The translations under genes and the position numbers were made by a program. Of a stretch of 64,000 bases of DNA, positions 59,984 through 64,000 are shown in pieces. Numbering within the stretch: the stretch's first letter is position 1; the number at the start of each line of letters is the position of its first letter. Source of the DNA: a virus (taxonomy: Duplodnaviria; Caudoviricetes); IMG/VR virus record IMGVR_UViG_3300025141_009413, positions 494 through 64,493 of that record. One strand, given 5' to 3'. The notes below the pieces were generated by a model. It was not told where the DNA came from. It ran no database searches and saw only the letters and a program-made list of their open reading frames with translations.

Positions 59984-60350
59984 ATATGTAGCCACGTTAT
60001 TATTAATTTTATGTTTTGGATATTCACATTCTCAAACAAAAATAAATGAATCCAACTTCAAGAAGTCTACTTCAAAGGGCGTTGTAGTAGTAGAATTTAA
60101 CGCACCATTCAATGTAGGAAATAGTTTTAAAGGTTGGAGAAAATTAGAACATTGTTCTTATTATACAGTATGTGTCGCAGGAAGTCCAACGTTACAGAAA
60201 AGATATAAAATTAGGTCATATCCAACAATATTAATATTTCATAATGGTTATGTCGAAAAGAAGTTCAGAGGCAACATAATGTTGGAATTAGAAGTTACAA
60301 CCAAAGAACTTCAAGAAGCAGTAGATGAACTATACCTAGATAAATTCTAA
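59976..60350 (+). CDS. Exported thioredoxin-fold protein lacking CxxC
   Basis: Signal peptide; VVVEFNAPFN where WCxxC is expected; YKIRSYPTILIF. Confidence 0.6.
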   Translation: MSKYVATLLLILCFGYSHSQTKINESNFKKSTSKGVVVVEFNAPFNVGNSFKGWRKLEHCSYYTVCVAGSPTLQKRYKIRSYPTILIFHNGYVEKKFRGNIMLELEVTTKELQEAVDELYLDKF

Positions 60351-60368
60351 AACAATTCCGGTAAAAAA

Positions 60369-60400
60369 TTAGGTTTTCTGAGATTTTCTCCTTATATTTA
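60369..60400 (+). promoter_or_regulatory. Class E promoter copy
   Basis: ttaggttttctgagattttctccttatattta. Confidence 0.65.
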
Positions 60401-60429
60401 TAGTATAAGATTAAGAGAAAAATAGAGTT

Positions 60430-60972
60430 ATGAAGATATTATTTTTACATGGACTAGAAAGTCAGCCAAATTGTACAAAGGTTGAATGGTTAAAGGCCCA
60501 AGGACACCATGTTTATAATCCCACTTTGGATTATAAAAATAAAGATCAATTCAACGAATGTAAAAAAATAATAAAAGCCTTTCTACCAGAACTGATTATA
60601 GGTTCTAGTATGGGTGGTTATTTTGCATTAGAGTTAGCCAAAATTTATGACATCCCAGTTATGTTATTGAACCCAGCCTTACATAGTAGAAGTTTTGAAC
60701 CGGTTGTTGAGAAACTTGATCCAGATTTAGAATTTCATCCGTTAGTGTTTATAGGACTTGGCAAGTATGATAAAGTCATTAATTATGCAAAGACATTAGA
60801 CATATTAGATGACAATGCATTGTGTTTCTTCCGAGGTAATTATTTGAAAGGTGACCATGGACATAGAACACCGCTCGATTTTTTCAAGACAGTATTTACA
60901 TTAACAGAAACTAGATTAAAAAGATGGTGGAGAAGAACCGCTAGAATTCATCCAGTAACTACCTCGAAATAA
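60430..60972 (+). CDS. Alpha/beta hydrolase (YqiA-like esterase)
   Basis: FLHGLES, GSSMGG, LNPA, D...H. Confidence 0.85.
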   Translation: MKILFLHGLESQPNCTKVEWLKAQGHHVYNPTLDYKNKDQFNECKKIIKAFLPELIIGSSMGGYFALELAKIYDIPVMLLNPALHSRSFEPVVEKLDPDLEFHPLVFIGLGKYDKVINYAKTLDILDDNALCFFRGNYLKGDHGHRTPLDFFKTVFTLTETRLKRWWRRTARIHPVTTSK

Positions 60973-61313
60973 TGAAATTAATATTTGCAATTGGGTTGTA
61001 TATGATAGCCCAAATTATAGTTTGGTTTGTTACAAATGCACAGTTTATCAATAAATGGGCAGCAGATCATCCGTGGTTTATGGCGTTAGTTATTAGCGGT
61101 CCAACCACTTATCTTTTTATATTAGGAACTAAATATTCAGCAGAATACTTTGATGGATTAGTTTGGCCAGGAAGATTTATAGGCTTTGGCCTAGGCATGG
61201 TTTCTTTTGCTATATTAACATCCTTTATATTAGGCGAATCAGTTTCGGTTAAAACCGGAGTATCTTTATTGTTGGCGGTTGCATTAATTAGTGTACAAGT
61301 CTTTTGGAAATGA
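60972..61313 (+). CDS. Four-TM membrane protein (SMR/EamA-like)
   Basis: Four hydrophobic segments; LGESVS.KT motif. Confidence 0.6.
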   Translation: MKLIFAIGLYMIAQIIVWFVTNAQFINKWAADHPWFMALVISGPTTYLFILGTKYSAEYFDGLVWPGRFIGFGLGMVSFAILTSFILGESVSVKTGVSLLLAVALISVQVFWK

Positions 61314-61323
61314 AGATTGTAGC

Positions 61324-61331
61324 ATATTTAT
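61324..61331 (+). promoter_or_regulatory. Putative late promoter ATATTTAT
   Basis: Intergenic copy. Confidence 0.6.
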
Positions 61332-61349
61332 AAGAAATGGAATAATGGC

Positions 61350-62228
61350 ATGATAAAATTAAAAACACTTCTAAAGGAAGCTCCCGGAGATATTAAGACT
61401 GTAGCAGATAGTAGTCTTTCTCAAACAGTTAGTTTATTACAGAAATTATCCACTGATAAAGATTTTCAAGATATATTACAAAAAGGCTTAGAAGACGGAG
61501 ATATTTCAGACGAAAAAATTAAATTCGGAAAAGGAACTCCAAAAGCATCTGAAATGAGAGCAACTCAAGCAGAAATTGGATTTTCGAATAGTGTAGATGA
61601 TGCAATTATATCAAGGCCTTGGGCTTCTGCAGTAGAAAGAGCATTTTCAAATCCAGTACTGATGCCATCTCAGCCAGATAAAGTTCCAGTCTTAGCTGCT
61701 TCAATCGGAGGAAAGATTTATATATTAGATGGTCATCATAGATGGTCTTTATGTTTAATGATTAACCCAGATGCTAATATGGTATGTGATATAATGTATT
61801 TAGACCAAGGAACAGCAGAAGATGCACTGAAAATAATGCAAATGGCTATAGCAGCGAAAGCTGGGAAAATAAAGACCAAGAATTTCGAAGGTGATGATTT
61901 AATGGCTACATCACGTGATAAATTAGAACAACATGTTATAAATAATATTGATGAGGGACGGGTCGCAGAATGGTCTAAATACACTAATGGAGAATTAACA
62001 ACCCCAGAAGATATTGCAAATCATATGGGTAATGGATTAGATATTATAAAAGGATTAAAGGGAGAGTTTCCTAGAACAATTATGCCTCAAGCAGATTTTT
62101 CCGGCGCACCTCAGGACGATGTTAACAAGACATTGGCTAAAGGACAAATAAATTTTAAAGAACCATTTGGTGAGTCAATTATTGATGTAGAAAGATGGAA
62201 ACAAATAGCAAATATTAAAAAGAAATAA
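61350..62228 (+). CDS. ParB/Srx-like domain protein with MIKLK leader
   Basis: MIKLKTLLKE; ATQAEIG; YILDGHHRW; C-terminal ERWKQIANIKK. Confidence 0.65.
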   Translation: MIKLKTLLKEAPGDIKTVADSSLSQTVSLLQKLSTDKDFQDILQKGLEDGDISDEKIKFGKGTPKASEMRATQAEIGFSNSVDDAIISRPWASAVERAFSNPVLMPSQPDKVPVLAASIGGKIYILDGHHRWSLCLMINPDANMVCDIMYLDQGTAEDALKIMQMAIAAKAGKIKTKNFEGDDLMATSRDKLEQHVINNIDEGRVAEWSKYTNGELTTPEDIANHMGNGLDIIKGLKGEFPRTIMPQADFSGAPQDDVNKTLAKGQINFKEPFGESIIDVERWKQIANIKKK

Positions 62229-62232
62229 GATT

Positions 62233-64000
62233 ATGCCAGAAACACCAGAATATTTTGATAATATAGTTGTTGGACAATATGCAATGACTGGAGTGCCACT
62301 TAAGGTATATGTTAATGGCCGGTACTTAATGATTACAGATCCAGATGACGTAGAGAATCCATTAATAGGATTTGGAATGACACCTTCCGGCGAAATGGAA
62401 CGGTATAGTTACAAAGACATTGATCATTTATTAGTAGCTAGTAATGTTGTAGATATAGAGACATATAAAAAAGCAATGGAGACTGAAGAGGAGGGCGAAG
62501 AAGAAGGCGGAGAAGGCGGAGAAGGCGGAGAAGAAGAGAAAGAGGAAGAATCCCCGTTTGAAGGCGGAGAAGAAGAGAAAGAGGATACAGGCGCACCATC
62601 TGCATCAGAATCAGTAATGCCTTCAATGTTAGATATACTACATGAAGCAGATAAAGAATCCATTCAAAAAAAGATTGACAAACTAAAAGCAAATTTACTT
62701 AAACAAAAAAAAGATCTGCTAGATGCTGAAGAAGATGAATTGACAGAAGCTCCAATAGATACATTTTATATAAAAGTAGGCGTACGTGATTCACGTAAGG
62801 CACTAAATATAATAAATTCAGAATACCGACATGAAAAAATTGATATCTCCGGAGATACTTATTACTTTAAAGATAAATCTGTAGCTTATGATGTTATGAT
62901 GGACTTCCATGCAAATGACATTGAGATAATTGGAAAGAGTGAAGACATTGATGAATCGGTAATTAATGAAAAGAAACAATTGCCTAAAGAAATCTCAAAA
63001 CATAAAGACATTCCATCATGGGCAAGATATGTTGCACAACAATCTGATGGAGAATGGACATGGTTTGAAGAGACTCCAACTATGATGAAATGGAAAAATG
63101 GAGGAGGTTGGAAATCAGATGGAAATCAAACTTATACAGGAGTAAAAACAGACGGTAAAGATTGGGATAAAATGCCAACATATTATTATGTAAAGAATGG
63201 AAAAATTACCGAATCAGTTAATGAAGGCAAAACTATACCATTATCTAAAATCAGAATGATGGGAGCAAAGATATTAAATAAAATAAGAATAGGTACTCAG
63301 TTTGTAACAGATGATAATGAATATACCGTAACTGGTTTCGGCCCTCAAGCACAAGCGTTTAAGGAATTTGAAGTAGATGATAAATCTGGTATTGCAAAGA
63401 AAGTTAAATTAACAGCAATGTACGGAGTTAAATTCCAAGTTAATGATGATCCTAGAAGTGCAGTTTTTAGAAAAGAAGAAGGATTAAATTCTATTATTCT
63501 AGAATCAGTTAATGAAGATTGGTCCAGTTTTATTGATCGAAATGAGTTAGCAAACCAAAAAGCTGAAAAACTTAAAACTGTAATAGAAGATGATGAATTG
63601 CCATTTCCAGATTCTGATGCGAAAGCAATAGCTAAAGCATTAGGAAAGCCTATAAGCAAATTAAAAGTTGTGTTTGGGACTAGTGAAGATGATGGATATT
63701 CGAAAGAATATGAAAGAGCTCGTAAGATTCATTTTGCAGGTCAAAAAGATGGTCCGGTTGATTTACCACATAAAGGACTAAAAGATATATCAATAACAAT
63801 CAATAAAAAAGCAGGAACCGTACAATTTTATAGATCATGGTTAGATGGTCGAGATGTTTCCGGATTTGTATATGAATCAGTTAATGAAGGAAAATCAGAA
63901 AATGTAAAAGATGACATATATGATATAGGAGGCAAAATCTATAAGGATGTTTATACAAGTGTTAATTTAATAAGTACTGATAAAACAGTTAGAGTAAGAG
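62233..64000 (+). CDS. Large modular polyprotein-like head protein (3'-truncated; missing from the ORF track)
   Basis: ATG at 62233 (MPETPEYFDNIVVGQ...), open to the window end. E/G-rich linker, and in-frame ESVINE/ESVNE at 62953, 63211, 63502 and 63874. Confidence 0.75.
   Translation, partial: MPETPEYFDNIVVGQYAMTGVPLKVYVNGRYLMITDPDDVENPLIGFGMTPSGEMERYSYKDIDHLLVASNVVDIETYKKAMETEEEGEEEGGEGGEGGEEEKEEESPFEGGEEEKEDTGAPSASESVMPSMLDILHEADKESIQKKIDKLKANLLKQKKDLLDAEEDELTEAPIDTFYIKVGVRDSRKALNIINSEYRHEKIDISGDTYYFKDKSVAYDVMMDFHANDIEIIGKSEDIDESVINEKKQLPKEISKHKDIPSWARYVAQQSDGEWTWFEETPTMMKWKNGGGWKSDGNQTYTGVKTDGKDWDKMPTYYYVKNGKITESVNEGKTIPLSKIRMMGAKILNKIRIGTQFVTDDNEYTVTGFGPQAQAFKEFEVDDKSGIAKKVKLTAMYGVKFQVNDDPRSAVFRKEEGLNSIILESVNEDWSSFIDRNELANQKAEKLKTVIEDDELPFPDSDAKAIAKALGKPISKLKVVFGTSEDDGYSKEYERARKIHFAGQKDGPVDLPHKGLKDISITINKKAGTVQFYRSWLDGRDVSGFVYESVNEGKSENVKDDIYDIGGKIYKDVYTSVNLISTDKTVRVR
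62484..62585 (+). repeat. GAAGGCGGA tandem repeats and a 26-bp duplication (E/G-rich linker)
   Basis: gaaggcggagaagaagagaaagagga at 62521 and 62560. Confidence 0.8.
63211..63889 (+). repeat. Three identical 16-bp direct repeats GAATCAGTTAATGAAG (63211, 63502, 63874)
   Basis: In frame, encoding ESVNE; a degenerate copy is at 62953. Confidence 0.85.

Noticed and set aside
63211-63889. GAATCAGTTAATGAAG repeats as a CRISPR array
   Set aside because: The repeats are 16 bp, the spacers are 275-356 bp, and all lie in frame within one ORF; there are no cas genes.

Overview
A 64-kb slice of a large AT-rich (roughly 30% GC) myovirus-type (T4-like/jumbo) dsDNA phage genome. All credible genes are on the + strand, tightly packed, and use the standard code. 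The host is probably a Bacteroidota-type bacterium, inferred from promoter shape and weak Shine-Dalgarno use. Gene order: tail/baseplate module (chaperone with a likely programmed frameshift, tape measure, baseplate proteins); family-A DNA polymerase; an array of small proteins sharing an N-terminal leader; replication/recombination core (SSB, RecA/UvsX, 5'-3' exonuclease, DnaB, class II RNR); 7-deazaguanine genes (queD, queE, folE, HPRT-like, TGT/DpdA-like) interleaved with PolB, a glycosyltransferase, sliding clamp, dUTPase and clamp loader; GroES/GroEL; a ~19-kb glycan-biosynthesis island; endolysin/holin; a second leader-bearing gene array; and a polyprotein-like ORF punctuated by ESVNE repeats. 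The best candidates for new biology are (1) a replisome-embedded 7-deazaguanine plus glycosyltransferase DNA-modification module, (2) a modular capsid-cargo system of conserved leaders ending in L-x-E plus ESVNE-linked polyprotein modules, and (3) a gene enclosed in a 17-bp inverted repeat. Also notable are two promoter classes, one apparently giving leaderless mRNAs, and an apparent CCGG excess. All assignments come from motif recognition by eye; no database searches were run.
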